Source: Acidimicrobiia bacterium (GTDB taxonomy: Bacteria; Actinomycetota; Acidimicrobiia; Spongiisociales; ZC4RG35). Taken from it: a stretch of 63,262 bases of DNA. Below, piece after piece: positions 42,865 through 54,000 of this stretch. Made by a program: the position numbers and the translations under genes. Numbering within the stretch: position 1 is the stretch's first letter; each line of letters starts with the position of its first letter. The notes beneath the pieces are model-generated. The model was not told where the DNA came from. It did no database searches and saw only the letters and a program-made list of their open reading frames with translations. The DNA is taken from positions 1 through 63,262 of the forward strand of contig DATDPT010000004.1 in the NCBI GenBank assembly GCA_035292605.1, in the 5' to 3' direction.

Positions 42865-44151
42865 ATGTCAGGGGTGATCATGGCTTCCGGCCCCTTCTTG
42901 GGACCCGACGGCAGCTACGAGGAGCGGCGGGTCCGAGAGCTGCGGCGTTGGAAGCGACGTGCCAACGGGTTCCTCTTCGGGGCGCTGGTCGTCTTCCTGA
43001 TCAGCCATTTCGTGGGTGACGAGAACGGTGTCAACGGTTGGATCAGAGCGGCTTCCGAAGCTGCGCTGATTGGCGGGATTGCCGATTGGTTCGCCGTTAC
43101 CGCCCTGTTTCGCCACCCACTGGGCATTCCCATTCCGCACACCGCCCTGATCCCCAAGGGCAAGGACGAGATCGGGCGGGGACTGGCCGAGTTCGTGCAA
43201 CAGAACTTCTTGGACCCGACCAATCTCCGTCAGTGGCTCACCAACGCCGAAATCACGGGGCGGGTGGCTGTCTGGCTCGACTCCTCGGATCACTCGGCCT
43301 TGGCCGCACGTCGCAGCATCGAGACCGCGGCCACCATCGCCGAGTCAATCGACGACGAACAGGTGGCTTCGGTGGTCACCCAGGCCACTCTCGACTGGAT
43401 GCGACAGACGCCGGTCACCCCTCTCATCTCCCTGGTCGTCGACGCCTGGTTGAAGGACGGCCGGACTCGAGAGTCGATCGAAGCCGCCCTGAGGGGAATC
43501 GAAGTCCTCCTGGTCGACAATCTTCCCTACTTCAGGGAGAGCTTTGCCCGGTCCGCACCCTGGTGGGTCCCGTCGTGGGCGGGAGGCCTCATCTTCGAGC
43601 GGATCATCGCCTCGTTCCGAATCCTGGTCGACGATATGGCATCCGACCCCAGGCATCTCATCCGTGCAGACATCGACCAGATGCTGGCGAAGTTCGCCGA
43701 CCGCCTACGCAACTCGGCCGATCTTGCCGAACGCATCGAGGAATCGAAGCTGCGAATCCTCGACTCCCCAGAGCTGGCGGCAGCGGTTCATTCGCAGTGG
43801 CAGCTTCTCCATGAGAGCCTCGAGCGCGCTGCGGGCAAACCCAGCTCCGAGCTCGAGCAGAGGCTGACGGAGCTGATCCAATGGTGGGCACGTCGGGCCC
43901 TCGAGGACGCCCCTCTCCGGAGGAGAATCGACGGCTGGATCGCTCAGTCCGCCGAGCGTCTCGCCCACCGGTGGGACGACGAGGTCATCGGGCTGATCGA
44001 GGCCACCGTGGCCGGATGGGACCCCACCGAGATCTCTCATCGTCTCGAACTGCAGCTGGGTCGCGATCTCCAATTCGTCCGGATCAACGGCACAGTGGTC
44101 GGAGGCCTGGTGGGCATCGCAATCCACGCCCTGCTTCTCCTGGTCGGCTGA
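42865..44151 (+). CDS. DUF445-family membrane-associated protein
   Basis: IGGIADWFAVTALFRHPLGIPIPHTALIPKGKDEIGRGLAEFVQQNFL is the DUF445 signature, and the C-terminus INGTVVGGLVGIAIH is a TM helix. Confidence 0.8.
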   Translation: MSGVIMASGPFLGPDGSYEERRVRELRRWKRRANGFLFGALVVFLISHFVGDENGVNGWIRAASEAALIGGIADWFAVTALFRHPLGIPIPHTALIPKGKDEIGRGLAEFVQQNFLDPTNLRQWLTNAEITGRVAVWLDSSDHSALAARRSIETAATIAESIDDEQVASVVTQATLDWMRQTPVTPLISLVVDAWLKDGRTRESIEAALRGIEVLLVDNLPYFRESFARSAPWWVPSWAGGLIFERIIASFRILVDDMASDPRHLIRADIDQMLAKFADRLRNSADLAERIEESKLRILDSPELAAAVHSQWQLLHESLERAAGKPSSELEQRLTELIQWWARRALEDAPLRRRIDGWIAQSAERLAHRWDDEVIGLIEATVAGWDPTEISHRLELQLGRDLQFVRINGTVVGGLVGIAIHALLLLVG

Positions 44152-44160
44152 GACCGGACG

Positions 44161-45381
44161 TCAGGCGGTTCGAGCCGCCGAGTGGTCGAGGGGAAGCGTC
44201 AACTCGAAGATGCTCTCACCGTTCTCGTAGCTGTAGGTGAGAGTTCCTCCCATGAGCTCGGCGAGGGTGCGCGATATGTGAAGCCCGAGGCCGAGCGATG
44301 GGGCAAGCCCAAGGGGTTGTTCTCCGCGGGTGTAGGCATCGAATACCCGGGGCCGGAGCTCCTCTGGGATTCCGGGGCCGTCGTCGACCACCATCAGGGA
44401 TCCGAGCCCGGGTTGGGCGTCGACGTTCACGTTGATCTGGGGTCCTCCGTAGCGGAGGGCGTTGGAGATCAGGTTGCGGACTATCTGGCGAACTCTCGCC
44501 GGGTCTCCGGCACAGCGCACGGTGTCGTTGGAGAGTCTGACCACCTTGCGTGACCCGGGGTCCAGACTCTCCAATGCCTGCGCTGCCTGGGCCCGCATGT
44601 CCACCGAGACGGTGGTGACCTGGAGTTGTCCCATGTCGGCTTTCGCGGCGACGAGGAGGTCGTCGACGATGTTGGTCAGGTCCGCACTCTGTTGCACCAG
44701 GAGGCCCATCATCTCGTGACGGTCGGCCTGAGTGAGCTCGGATGAGTCATAGAGAAGCCGGGCGAAACCCACGATGGAGGACAACGGCGTACGAATCTCG
44801 TGAGAGACCGAGGCAATCAGCTGATCCTTGGACGCGACTAGTTGTTCCTTGGCGTCGAGGATGCGCTCGAGGTCGTTTTGAGCCGATCGGAGATCGGTCA
44901 CATCGAGATCTACGATCACGATCCGGTCCCACAGGGGTTGGTCTGCGTCGATCAGCGCCTTCCAGTGGGAGCGAACGGTCACCTGACCCAACAGCGTCGG
45001 GGCGGTGTGCTCTCTGACTATCGAGGTGATGCCGTAGAAGGGGGCCGTGAATTGCTGGATCAGGGTCTCGCGCAAGGCCGGGTAGGTGATGCTCGAGAAA
45101 TGGCGATCCCTCAGGTCGGGGGCGTCAGGGGAGTGAGGCGAGCCGTAGAGCCGGATCCACTCCGGGCTGGCGGCGATGGCTCTGGGGAGAGTGAGACACT
45201 CCGTCAGCAGGGCATCATCGGCGAGCAACCGCTCGCGGACCAGGTCTCCGCCCATACCGGAGAAGCGCTCGATGATCGGTGTGTAATCCGCAACCAGCAC
45301 GGGGACCGGAAAAGCAGACACCATGAGGCCGACCTCGGATGAACCCGGGAGATGTGTTTGCATCAGTGTGAGTATCGACAA
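44161..45381 (-). CDS. Cytoplasmic sensor histidine kinase (PAS-like N-domain, HisKA, HATPase_c); no response regulator adjacent
   Basis: SHEIRTPLSSIVGF is the H-box, NLISNALRYG the N-box, DDGPGIP the G1 box and GLGLHISR the G2 box. No TM segments. Confidence 0.85.
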   Translation of the reverse strand: MSILTLMQTHLPGSSEVGLMVSAFPVPVLVADYTPIIERFSGMGGDLVRERLLADDALLTECLTLPRAIAASPEWIRLYGSPHSPDAPDLRDRHFSSITYPALRETLIQQFTAPFYGITSIVREHTAPTLLGQVTVRSHWKALIDADQPLWDRIVIVDLDVTDLRSAQNDLERILDAKEQLVASKDQLIASVSHEIRTPLSSIVGFARLLYDSSELTQADRHEMMGLLVQQSADLTNIVDDLLVAAKADMGQLQVTTVSVDMRAQAAQALESLDPGSRKVVRLSNDTVRCAGDPARVRQIVRNLISNALRYGGPQINVNVDAQPGLGSLMVVDDGPGIPEELRPRVFDAYTRGEQPLGLAPSLGLGLHISRTLAELMGGTLTYSYENGESIFELTLPLDHSAARTA

Positions 45382-45452
45382 CCGACCCCGACCGCTTTAC
45401 CTGGGCCATGACCGATGGTTGTCGCCAGGCCGGGGAGTGGGGCGGGAGTGAC

Positions 45453-45893
45453 CTATCCCAACACTTGTCTCGCCATGACCAGGTCGTACTCCTCGAAACC
45501 TTCGCTGAAGGTGGCGTATAGGGAGGCCAGCTCATCACTGCCATCGGGGGAGTGGCCAATCTGCCGACGCAGACCGACCAGTCTGGTCAAGGCTTGGAGC
45601 TCGATCAGGTGACGCCCTCCAGTGTTCGCCCCCCGGATCGCGGTCAGATAGGCCTCCTCGGCTCCGGCGAGGTCAGGCTGGGGAAGCATCCTGAGGAAGT
45701 CACCCTTGAGCACCCGGAATTCGGGTGAGACCTCCTCATGGGGCCCCCCGAGTCCGATGGCCTCCTCGATCAATACCAGGGCCTGCTCGGGCCGGCCGGC
45801 CAAGGCGTGGACCAGACCGCGAAAACTGAGGATCAGCGGCCAGGGCCTCGGCCGGCGACAGGTCCTTGACGGTTTGTGAGACCAGAACTTCAT
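45453..45893 (-). pseudogene. Probable 3' remnant of a cyclase/AAA/TPR-type regulator gene
   Basis: Only the last about 120 aa look real: GRPEQALVLIEEAI...AEEAYLTAIRGA...IELQALTRLVGL...LASLYATFSEGFEEYDLVMARQVL. This is the usual C-terminal ending of large STAND/TPR regulators. No upstream body of the gene is present, and the first about 25 codons are Arg/Pro-rich junk. Confidence 0.4.
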
Positions 45894-45995
45894 CCCCCGG
45901 TCAGATTCGGATAATCGGCGCGTTACCCGGGCCCCTTAGGTTCTCCTACATCGGGTATGACTGCACGAAACACAACGAGCGAAAGGAGGGCGCAG

Positions 45996-47654
45996 ATGGC
46001 CCTGCTCACCAAGTCACGGAGAAGGCACCTTCTCGGGGCACTCATCGTCGTGACAATGACGATTCCCATGCTCGCCGCCGAAGCGAGCCACCGCGGCTTC
46101 ACCACCGATTCCACGCCGATGATGGTGGGCGACTCGGTCAACACCAGCCAGGGCTGGAAGGTCTCACCACTCCTCACCGTCGGCGAGATCTCCGCGAGCG
46201 GACAGTCGGTGAACGCAAACCAGCTCGGCTACGAGATCCCGGGAGTCCTCGACGGCATCGGCGCCTTCAAACTCAACAAGCACACGGTCCGGGTGCTGAT
46301 CAATCACGAGCTCGGGGTGGGGAGTGGATCCGCCTTCCAACTCGCCAACGGGCTCTCCTTGAACGGATCCCGGATCAGCTACGTGGACATCGATCGCAAC
46401 ACCCGCAAGGTGCTGGGAGGCGGGCTCGCCTTCGACACCATCTACGGTCGTGACGGGACCATTGTCGACGAGCTGACCGACCTCGACTACGGAGGTCTCA
46501 ATCGTTTCTGTTCCGGTTCCTACTGGCCGGCCAACCTGTTCGGGCATGGTCGGGGATTCGCCGACCCGATCTACCTCACCAACGAGGAGCAATCGAGCGC
46601 GTTCGGAGGCCCCGGCGGAAGCTATTGGGCCCTCGATCCCGCCACCAACACCTTGTATGGATTGCCCGACCTGGGCCGGGGCTCGTGGGAGAACGCCACT
46701 CTGCTAGATACCGGACGCAGGGACACCATCGCCTTGCTTCTGGCGGACGATCATGGCGCCAGCTCGGACCCGGTGGCATTCGCCGCCAACCCGGCGCCTC
46801 CTCTCTACTTGTACGTCGGGAAGAAAGTAAGGGACGGAACCTTCCCCGAGCGCAATGGGCTGGTCGGCGGCCAGCTCTACGTGTGGAAGACGACGAGCGG
46901 CGCCACCAACCCCAGCGAGGGCTTCAACGGGAGCGGCGACGTCGAGACCGGCTATTGGGAACCGCTCAACATCAACATGGGTGCCGGCGACGGCTACACC
47001 GCCGACGGCTACGCCACCGACGCCACCTTGCGCAAGGGGGCAGTGGCCGTGGGCGCATTCCAGTTCTCACGTCCCGAAGACCTGGCCACCAATCCCAAGG
47101 ATGGGACCCAAGCAGTGATGGCCTCGACCGGGCGTGCCGGCATCCTCGGTAACTCCGATGTCTGGGGCAGCACTTATCTGATCGATGTCGACTTCGACTT
47201 CGACGAGGGTGTCTTCGACCCGGCTGGTAGCGGGACCGAACTCACCGTTCTCTACGACGGGGACGATCCGGACAAGATGCAAGCCGGGCTGCGCAGCCCC
47301 GACAACCTCGACTGGGCCGATGACCGCCGCATCTACGTCCAGGAGGACGACTCGGCCGGCTTCGCTGCCTTCGAGGCCTCGATGTGGCGGCTGAACCCGA
47401 GGAGCCCGGGGTCGGCAACCCGGATCCTGGAGATAGACCGGAGTGCCGTCCCGACCGGGCAAACCGACGGGAACCCAGGCGACGTCGGCAACTGGGAGTC
47501 GTCGGGCGTGCTCGACGTCACCTCGTTGTTCAGGACCAGGAGGGGTGAAACCCTGCTCATACTCGACGTTCAGGCCCACAGCCTCACCGACGGGCTCATC
47601 GCCAGTGCCGGCCTGGTCGAGGGTGGCCAACTGTTGTTTGCCTCGCATCGTTAG
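45996..47654 (+). CDS. Tat-exported PhoX-like (DUF839) phosphatase
   Basis: I prefer the ATG at 45996 (AAAGGAGGG lies 6 nt upstream). The signal MALLTKSRRRHLLGALIV contains a twin-arginine motif. NRFCSGS, FSRPEDLATNP and LRSPDNLDWADDRRIYVQEDD resemble PhoX beta-propeller blocks. Confidence 0.65.
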   Translation: MALLTKSRRRHLLGALIVVTMTIPMLAAEASHRGFTTDSTPMMVGDSVNTSQGWKVSPLLTVGEISASGQSVNANQLGYEIPGVLDGIGAFKLNKHTVRVLINHELGVGSGSAFQLANGLSLNGSRISYVDIDRNTRKVLGGGLAFDTIYGRDGTIVDELTDLDYGGLNRFCSGSYWPANLFGHGRGFADPIYLTNEEQSSAFGGPGGSYWALDPATNTLYGLPDLGRGSWENATLLDTGRRDTIALLLADDHGASSDPVAFAANPAPPLYLYVGKKVRDGTFPERNGLVGGQLYVWKTTSGATNPSEGFNGSGDVETGYWEPLNINMGAGDGYTADGYATDATLRKGAVAVGAFQFSRPEDLATNPKDGTQAVMASTGRAGILGNSDVWGSTYLIDVDFDFDEGVFDPAGSGTELTVLYDGDDPDKMQAGLRSPDNLDWADDRRIYVQEDDSAGFAAFEASMWRLNPRSPGSATRILEIDRSAVPTGQTDGNPGDVGNWESSGVLDVTSLFRTRRGETLLILDVQAHSLTDGLIASAGLVEGGQLLFASHR

Positions 47655-47679
47655 GGCCTCCTCCAGCGAGCAACCACCG

Positions 47680-47713
47680 AAAGGGCCCCGGCATCGCCAT
47701 GCCGGGGCCCTTT
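47680..47713. terminator. Perfect 15-bp stem / 4-nt loop hairpin between convergent genes
   Basis: aaagggccccggcat-cgcc-atgccggggcccttt, read directly. The A-run and T-run flanks make it usable in both directions (phoX-like gene and dinB). Confidence 0.7.
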
Positions 47714-47768
47714 GCGAGGACGGTGGGCTCGCCCTCCCGTCGTGCCAGAAGCCGACTCGAAGAGATCG

Positions 47769-48956
47769 TCAGTCCGGGAGCAGCGGCACTGTCAGGCCTT
47801 GGTCCCTGCCGAGCAACACCGCCCGGGTGACGGCGGCGGATCCGAATCGGGCGTGGACGTCGTCAAGGGCTTCATCGAGGGCATTGCCGGCTTCACGATC
47901 GAAAGGCAGCACCATCTGAACCGCGGCATCGTCGAGGTTGGCCAACGCGATCCCGATCAGGGTGAGACCTTGGTCCCTGATGATTGGCATTGCATCCGCC
48001 AGCAATCCGCGAAGGGCGGCAAGGATGCTCTGGGTGTGAGCGGTGGCTCGAGGGAACGTGTGCGACCGGGTCGCCCGAGAGAAGTCGGCGAAGCGCAGTC
48101 GGAGCACCACAGTCCTTCCGGTCCGACCCGCGGTGCGGAGGCGACGGGTCACTCGGTCTACCAATCCGATCAGGATGGCATCGAGGTCCTCTGGTGACCT
48201 CGGCGAGCGACCCAGCGCGCGTTGGGAACCGATCGAGCGCCGCCGGCGGCCCACATGAAGTGGTCGGGGATCACGGTTGTGGGCCAATGCATGAAGATGT
48301 CGGCCGGAGGCTGGGCCGAGCATGGCGACCAGGCTGGTCTCGGTCAGTTGTGCGATCTCACCGACGGTGGTGATTCCCCGGTCATGCAGCTTGGTGGCAG
48401 TCACCTTGCCCACCCCCCAGACCCGTTCCACCGGGAGCGGGTGGAGAAAGTCCAGCTCGCTCCCGGGCGGCACCACCAGGAGCCCATTGGGCTTGGCCAC
48501 TCCGCTCGCCACCTTGGCCAAGAACTTGGTGCGAGCCACCCCAATCGTGATCGGCAGGCCTACCTGCTCCAGCACCTGGCGCCGGAGCCGTCGGGCGATC
48601 TCGGTGGGGGAGCCCGAGACCCGCCTCAGCCCACCGACGTCGAGGAAGGCCTCGTCGATGGACACCCCTTCTACCAGCGGCGTCGTGTCATTGAACACCT
48701 CGAACACCGCCTTGCTTGCCTCGGAGTAGGCCGAGATCCTGGGCTCGACCACGATCGCCTGCGGGCAGAGCCGACGAGCGAGGGCACCGCCCATCGCAGT
48801 CCGAACGCCAGACGCCCTCGCCTCGTAACTGGCCGCCAGCACCACTCCCGACCCGACGATCACGGGGCGGGAGCGCAGTCGAGGATCATCACGCTGCTCC
48901 ACCGCCGCGTAGAAGGCGTCGAGATCGGCGTGCAGGATCGACGCATCATGTCGCAC
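47769..48956 (-). CDS. dinB: DNA polymerase IV (Y-family)
   Basis: ILHADLDAFYAAVEQRDDP...PVIVG, SIDEAFLDV and the little-finger region fit DinB. The track start 49076 would leave only 19 bp to the divergent SPFH gene, so I prefer the GTG at 48954-48956 (MRHDASILHADLDAFY). The exact start is uncertain. Confidence 0.85.
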   Translation of the reverse strand: MRHDASILHADLDAFYAAVEQRDDPRLRSRPVIVGSGVVLAASYEARASGVRTAMGGALARRLCPQAIVVEPRISAYSEASKAVFEVFNDTTPLVEGVSIDEAFLDVGGLRRVSGSPTEIARRLRRQVLEQVGLPITIGVARTKFLAKVASGVAKPNGLLVVPPGSELDFLHPLPVERVWGVGKVTATKLHDRGITTVGEIAQLTETSLVAMLGPASGRHLHALAHNRDPRPLHVGRRRRSIGSQRALGRSPRSPEDLDAILIGLVDRVTRRLRTAGRTGRTVVLRLRFADFSRATRSHTFPRATAHTQSILAALRGLLADAMPIIRDQGLTLIGIALANLDDAAVQMVLPFDREAGNALDEALDDVHARFGSAAVTRAVLLGRDQGLTVPLLPD

Positions 48957-49095
48957 CGAACGTATGTTCGCTCCGGCGAGGGCGGATGGCAAGCGTGGAG
49001 AGCATGATCGACCTAAGTTGGGGCCAGGGCGGGGCATTGGGCGCACCGCACAGATGGGTGGAATGTCGAGTGCCACCCGAGAGAAGGAGGTTCTG

Positions 49096-50013
49096 ATGAT
49101 CTATGCCGCCATCATCCTGGCCGTCGCAGGGCTGTTCCTCTGGATCAGGAGATGGCCTGATCCGGACATGGACAGACTCTTGAGAAGAATCGGAATGGTT
49201 GGGGTGGTCGTTGGCCCAATTCTGGTTTTGGCCTCGACGCTGACGATCGTCGCCCCCGGCGAAGTGGCCGTTCCGGTGCTCTTCGGTGCAGCCCAGCCAC
49301 CGCTGGAAGAGGGTTTTCACCTGCGAAATCCGTTCGCTTCGGTGCGGGCGCTCTCGGTTCGAACTCAGGAATCGACTTACTCGGACACTCTTGGTGAAGG
49401 AGAACAATCCGATAGAGCGGATGCGATCACCGCGGTGTCCCTGGAGAATGCGGCGGTAAGGGTCGAGATCACCATTCTGTGGCATCTCGTCGGATCGGAG
49501 GCATCAAAGGTCTACCGCGCTCTTGGCACCGGCTATCGGGATGTGATTGTGCGTCCAGTATCTCGATCAGCGGTCCGCGACTGCATCTCCCAATATCGAT
49601 TCGAGTTGGCTCGTACTTCGCAACGCCCTGACGTCGAGCGCTGCATCGAGGAGTCACTCACCGGAGAATTCGTGCCGCGTGGCCTTGCGGTCGATGGTAT
49701 CCAGTTGCGTGACATCGCCGCCACGCCAGAGCTGCAGGCATCAATCGAGGCGAAATTGCAGGCCGAGCAGGACGCCCAGCGAGCCCAGTTCCGCCAGGAT
49801 CAAGCACGGATCGATGCTGCAACCAGAGTCATCACGGCGGGGGCGGAGGCAGAGGCGAACCAACTGATCGCGGAGTCTCTGACGCCGGACCTCCTGCAGC
49901 TTCGGATCGTGGAGGCTCTGGGCGACAATGCGATCGTCTATCTGCTGGGCAGCGAGGGCCCGACACCGGTGATCCCCTTGCCCACCCCGGAGAATTCCGG
50001 CGCTCTTCCCTGA
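49096..50013 (+). CDS. SPFH/band-7 (prohibitin-like) membrane protein
   Basis: I prefer the ATG at 49096 (GAAGGAGG lies 5 nt upstream). It has an N-terminal TM helix MIYAAIILAVAGLFLWI, an SPFH core (VAPGEVAVPVLFG...GFHLRNPF...) and a coiled-coil C-terminus. Confidence 0.8.
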   Translation: MIYAAIILAVAGLFLWIRRWPDPDMDRLLRRIGMVGVVVGPILVLASTLTIVAPGEVAVPVLFGAAQPPLEEGFHLRNPFASVRALSVRTQESTYSDTLGEGEQSDRADAITAVSLENAAVRVEITILWHLVGSEASKVYRALGTGYRDVIVRPVSRSAVRDCISQYRFELARTSQRPDVERCIEESLTGEFVPRGLAVDGIQLRDIAATPELQASIEAKLQAEQDAQRAQFRQDQARIDAATRVITAGAEAEANQLIAESLTPDLLQLRIVEALGDNAIVYLLGSEGPTPVIPLPTPENSGALP

Positions 50014-50026
50014 GTGAACCCGATGA

Positions 50027-51034
50027 TCACCAGTGTGGTGAATACGACATCAGGGTTCGCATGTAGTTGGCTCGCTCGAAGGCCGATGGGTCGGCGACCG
50101 CAGCCTGGCTGACGGAGCCTTTGGCCTGCTCCAGGGACTGATAACCCTTGTCCGCGAGCCAGGTTTCCAGACCCTCCACCGTTTCACGCAATCGCTCCGG
50201 TCCGTGTCTGAGCAGGGACGAGGCCATCATCGTGACGTCGGCGCCCGCCAAGACCAGCTTGGCCGCCTCTTCGGCCCCGGCCACTCCGGTTGTCGCCGCC
50301 AACGAGCCCGCGATCCGTCCGTGGAGGATGGCGATCCAGCGGAGCACTAGACGAAGCTCGGCCGGAGTGGACAGGATCAGGTTGGGAACCACCTCCAATT
50401 GATTGAGGTCTATGTCCGGCTGGTAGAAGCGGTTGAAGATGACGAGACCGTCGGCCCCGGCGCTGATCAAGCGAGTGGCCATGTTCGCCATTGAAGAGAA
50501 GAAAGGCCCAACCTTCACCGCCAGGGGCACCTCGACTGTTCGCCTGACCAACTCGACCAAACTGAGATACTGATGTTCCACCTGGTCACCCGTGAGGGCT
50601 GGGTCGGCGGCGATCAGGTAGATGTTGAGCTCGAGAGCATCGATTCCCTCGTCGGCCAGGATCTTGGCGTAGAGGGCCCAGCCGCCAGTTGTGGTGCCGT
50701 TGAGACTGGCTATCACCGGCACCTTCAGTTCGTTCTTGGCTGCCCGGATCAGCTCGAGGTACCGGGTGGGTCCGGTGTTGTAGTCGTCCAAATCGGGGAG
50801 ATACCCGTCGGCTGCTTCCGCAAAGGAGTCCTTGGCCCACTCCAAGCCCATGTGCACCGCCATCGCCTCATGCTCGACCTGCTCTTCGAAAAGCGACGGC
50901 AGCACGACCGCCGATGCTCCTGCCTCCTCCAGGCGAAGGAGATGATCGATGTCGGCGGTTACCGGCGACGCCGAGGGCACTATGGGATGGGCGAGGGTCA
51001 TGCCCAGGTAGTTGGTACGCAGGTCGACAGTCAT
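50027..51034 (-). CDS. Dihydroorotate-dehydrogenase-like TIM-barrel flavoprotein (PFOR-associated type)
   Basis: LRTNYLGMTLAHPIVPSASP..., ALELNIY and the C-terminal GADVTMMAS fit the DHOD class 1 fold. Its start overlaps the PFOR stop (ATGA). Confidence 0.75.
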   Translation of the reverse strand: MTVDLRTNYLGMTLAHPIVPSASPVTADIDHLLRLEEAGASAVVLPSLFEEQVEHEAMAVHMGLEWAKDSFAEAADGYLPDLDDYNTGPTRYLELIRAAKNELKVPVIASLNGTTTGGWALYAKILADEGIDALELNIYLIAADPALTGDQVEHQYLSLVELVRRTVEVPLAVKVGPFFSSMANMATRLISAGADGLVIFNRFYQPDIDLNQLEVVPNLILSTPAELRLVLRWIAILHGRIAGSLAATTGVAGAEEAAKLVLAGADVTMMASSLLRHGPERLRETVEGLETWLADKGYQSLEQAKGSVSQAAVADPSAFERANYMRTLMSYSPHW

Positions 51035-54000
51035 CGATCCTCCAGCTCGGTGTATTCGGCGGTGCGATGGACCTCGACCAGTTGCTCGTACAGGTTCCAG
51101 CGATCATCGATGTCCTTTTGCGCGCTCGCCATCAGCTCGCTCGACCGCTCAGGGTTGGCTCGGGCCAACATGGCGAAGCGCCCCTCCTTTTCGGCGAAGT
51201 CCTTGAAACGAATCGTCGGTTTGCGGCTGTCGAGTCGCAAACCGGGCTGACCCTGGGCCTCGAAGGCCGGGTCATAGCGGAACAGCGGCCAATAACCGGA
51301 GGCTGCCGCCTCCTTCTGGTGGCTCATCTGAGTCGACATCTCGATTCCATGGGCGATACAGGGGCTATAGGCGAGTATCAGGGACACCCCACGATGAGCC
51401 TCGGCCTCGGCGAAGGCCTTGACGGTTTGGGTCATGTTGGCCCCCATGGCCACCTGTGCCACGTACACGTTTCCGTAGGCCATGGCGATCTGGCCGAGAT
51501 CCTTCTTGGCGGTGCTCTTGCCACCCGAGGCGAACTTCGCCACTGCCGCCCGCGGGGTGGCCTTGGAGGCTTGGCCTCCGGTGTTGGAGTACACCTCGGT
51601 ATCGAGGACCAAGATGTTGATGTCGCGGCCCGAGGCGAGCACATGGTCGAGGCCCCCAAACCCGATGTCGTAGGCCCACCCGTCTCCACCGACGATCCAT
51701 ACCGAGGTGCGAACCAGGGCATCGGCGACTCCTTCGAGGCGCCGAGCGAGGAGCCCCTCGATACCGGCCAGCTGCTTGCGCAGACTCTCGACCCGGCGGC
51801 GCTGGTCGGCGATCCCGAGCTCTTCTGTCTGATCAGCCTCGAGAATCTCCACCCCCACCTGTCCGAGCTCGGGGAGGAGGGCGGTTACCAGAAGGCGGGC
51901 GTCGGCTTCCATGGCCTCGAGGCCGAGACGCATGCCCAGCCCGAACTCGGCGTTGTCCTCGAACAGCGAGTTGGCCCACGCCGGCCCCCGCCCGGTCTCA
52001 TCGACGGTCCAAGGCGTGGTTGGGAGGTTGCCGCCGTAGATCGATGAGCAGCCGGTGGCGTTGGCGACGATCACCCGGTCGCCGAACTGCTGGGAGAGAA
52101 GCTTGAGGTAGGGCGTCTCACCACAGCCGGCGCAGGCCCCTGAGAATTCGAACAACGGCTCGATCATCTGCGACCCCTTCACCGTATCGAGCCTCACCTC
52201 ATGACGTGGTGGGTCGGGGATGGTGAGAAAGAAGTCGAAGTTGGCACGCTCTCGCTCGAGATGTTCGTCCTTGGCCACCATGTCAATCGCCTTGTGCCGG
52301 ATCTCCTCCTTGGACCGGGCCGGGCACACGTCCACGCACACCCCGCAACCGGTGCAGTCGTCAGGGGCAACTTGCACCGTGAGGAACTTGCCCAGGAACT
52401 CAGTCCCGCTCGCTTCCTTGGAGACGAACCCATCGGGGGCGCCCTGCAGAGCCTCCGGATCGAACACCTTGAACCGGATCGCGGCATGGGGGCACACCAG
52501 GGCGCAACGCGCACAGTCGATGCAGATAGATGGATCCCAGAATGGGATCTCGGTCCCGATCGAGCGCTTTTCCCACTGTGCGGTTCCGGTGGGGAAGGTG
52601 CCGTCGACCGGCATCGCCGAAACCGGAAGCAGGTTGCCTTTCCCAGCCAGCATCATCCCGGTCACTCGTTGAACGAAGTCGGGGGCTAGCGCCAGGCGGG
52701 ATTCGAGGAAGTCGCCAGGACCGCTGACTCCGACGACTGTCGCGGCGGGAATGGTCACTTGTTGCAGCCCGTCGAGAGTCGAGTTGATCGCCTCGAGGTT
52801 GCGGCGCACAACCACGTCTCCCCTCTTGCCGTATGCCCTTTGCACCTCCTCGGTGATGGCTGCCAGAGCCTCGTCACGCGGCATGATCTTCGAAAGGGCG
52901 AAGAAGCAGGTCTGGAGAACGGTGTTGATCCGCCCGCCCAGACCCGCTTCGGCGGCGATACGGGTGGCGTCTACCACCCAGAAATCGAGGTCCTTGTCGA
53001 CGATTCCCCGCTGTATCCAGGTGGGGAGGTGCTCCCAGGCCTCGGTGGAGTCATAGGGGCTGTTGAGCAGGAACGTGGCCCCAGGGGAGGCGAGCTCCAG
53101 CACATCGACGTCGTTGAGCAGGTGGAATTGATGACAGGCGACGAAGGTCGCCTGGCCCGGGCCGATCAGGTAGGTCGAGGTGATCGGCTGCGGTCCGAAT
53201 CGGAGGTGGGAGATGGTCCGCGACCCGGACTTCTTCGAGTCAAAGACGAAGTAGCCCTGGGCGTGGAGGTCGGTACGGTCGCCGATGATCTTGACCGATG
53301 CCCTGTTGGCCCCAACCGTGCCGTCGCTGCCCAATCCGAAAAAGACCGCCCGGATCATTCCTTCCGGTTCGTCCCAGCCGTCGGAGCTGTAACCCAGGCT
53401 GGCGTGAGTGACGTCATCGGTGATCCCAACCGTGAAATGACGCTTGGGGCTCTCCCGATCAAGCTCGGCGAGGACCGCCGACGCCATGGCCGGCGTGAAC
53501 TCCTTCGAGGCCAGTCCGTACCGACCACCAATGACGAGTGGGCTGGGGCGATCTCCTTCGAACAGAGCCGCGACCACATCGAGGTACAGGGGCTCCCCGA
53601 CCGCTCCCGGCTCTTTGGTCCGGTCGAGGACTGCCACGGCTCGTGTGGTTGCCGGGAGAATCGCTCGGAAGGCGTCGCTGTCAAACGGCCGGTAGAGGCG
53701 GACGATCACCATGCCGACCCGCTCTCCCTTGGCAACCAGTCGCTCCACTGCCTCCGAGGCGGCGCCCACCCCGGAGCCCATCAGCACCACGACCCGTTCT
53801 GCCTCCGGATGGCCGACGTAATCGAAGAGGTGGTAGCTCCGGCCGGTGAGCCGAGCGTATTGGTCCATCTCGCCCTGCACGATGGACGGTACGGCGGAGT
53901 AATAGGGGTTGATTGCTTCCCGGGCCTGGAAGAAGACGTCGGGATCCTGGGCCGAGCCGCGCAGCACCGGGCGATGCGGACTGAGGGCACGCAGCCGGTG

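Noticed and set aside
48964-49095. Long N-terminal extension of the SPFH gene, and the DinB start at 49076.
   Set aside because: The two extensions overlap each other on opposite strands. GAAGGAGG sits directly before the ATG at 49096, and the DinB homology begins near 48950, so both genes were shortened.
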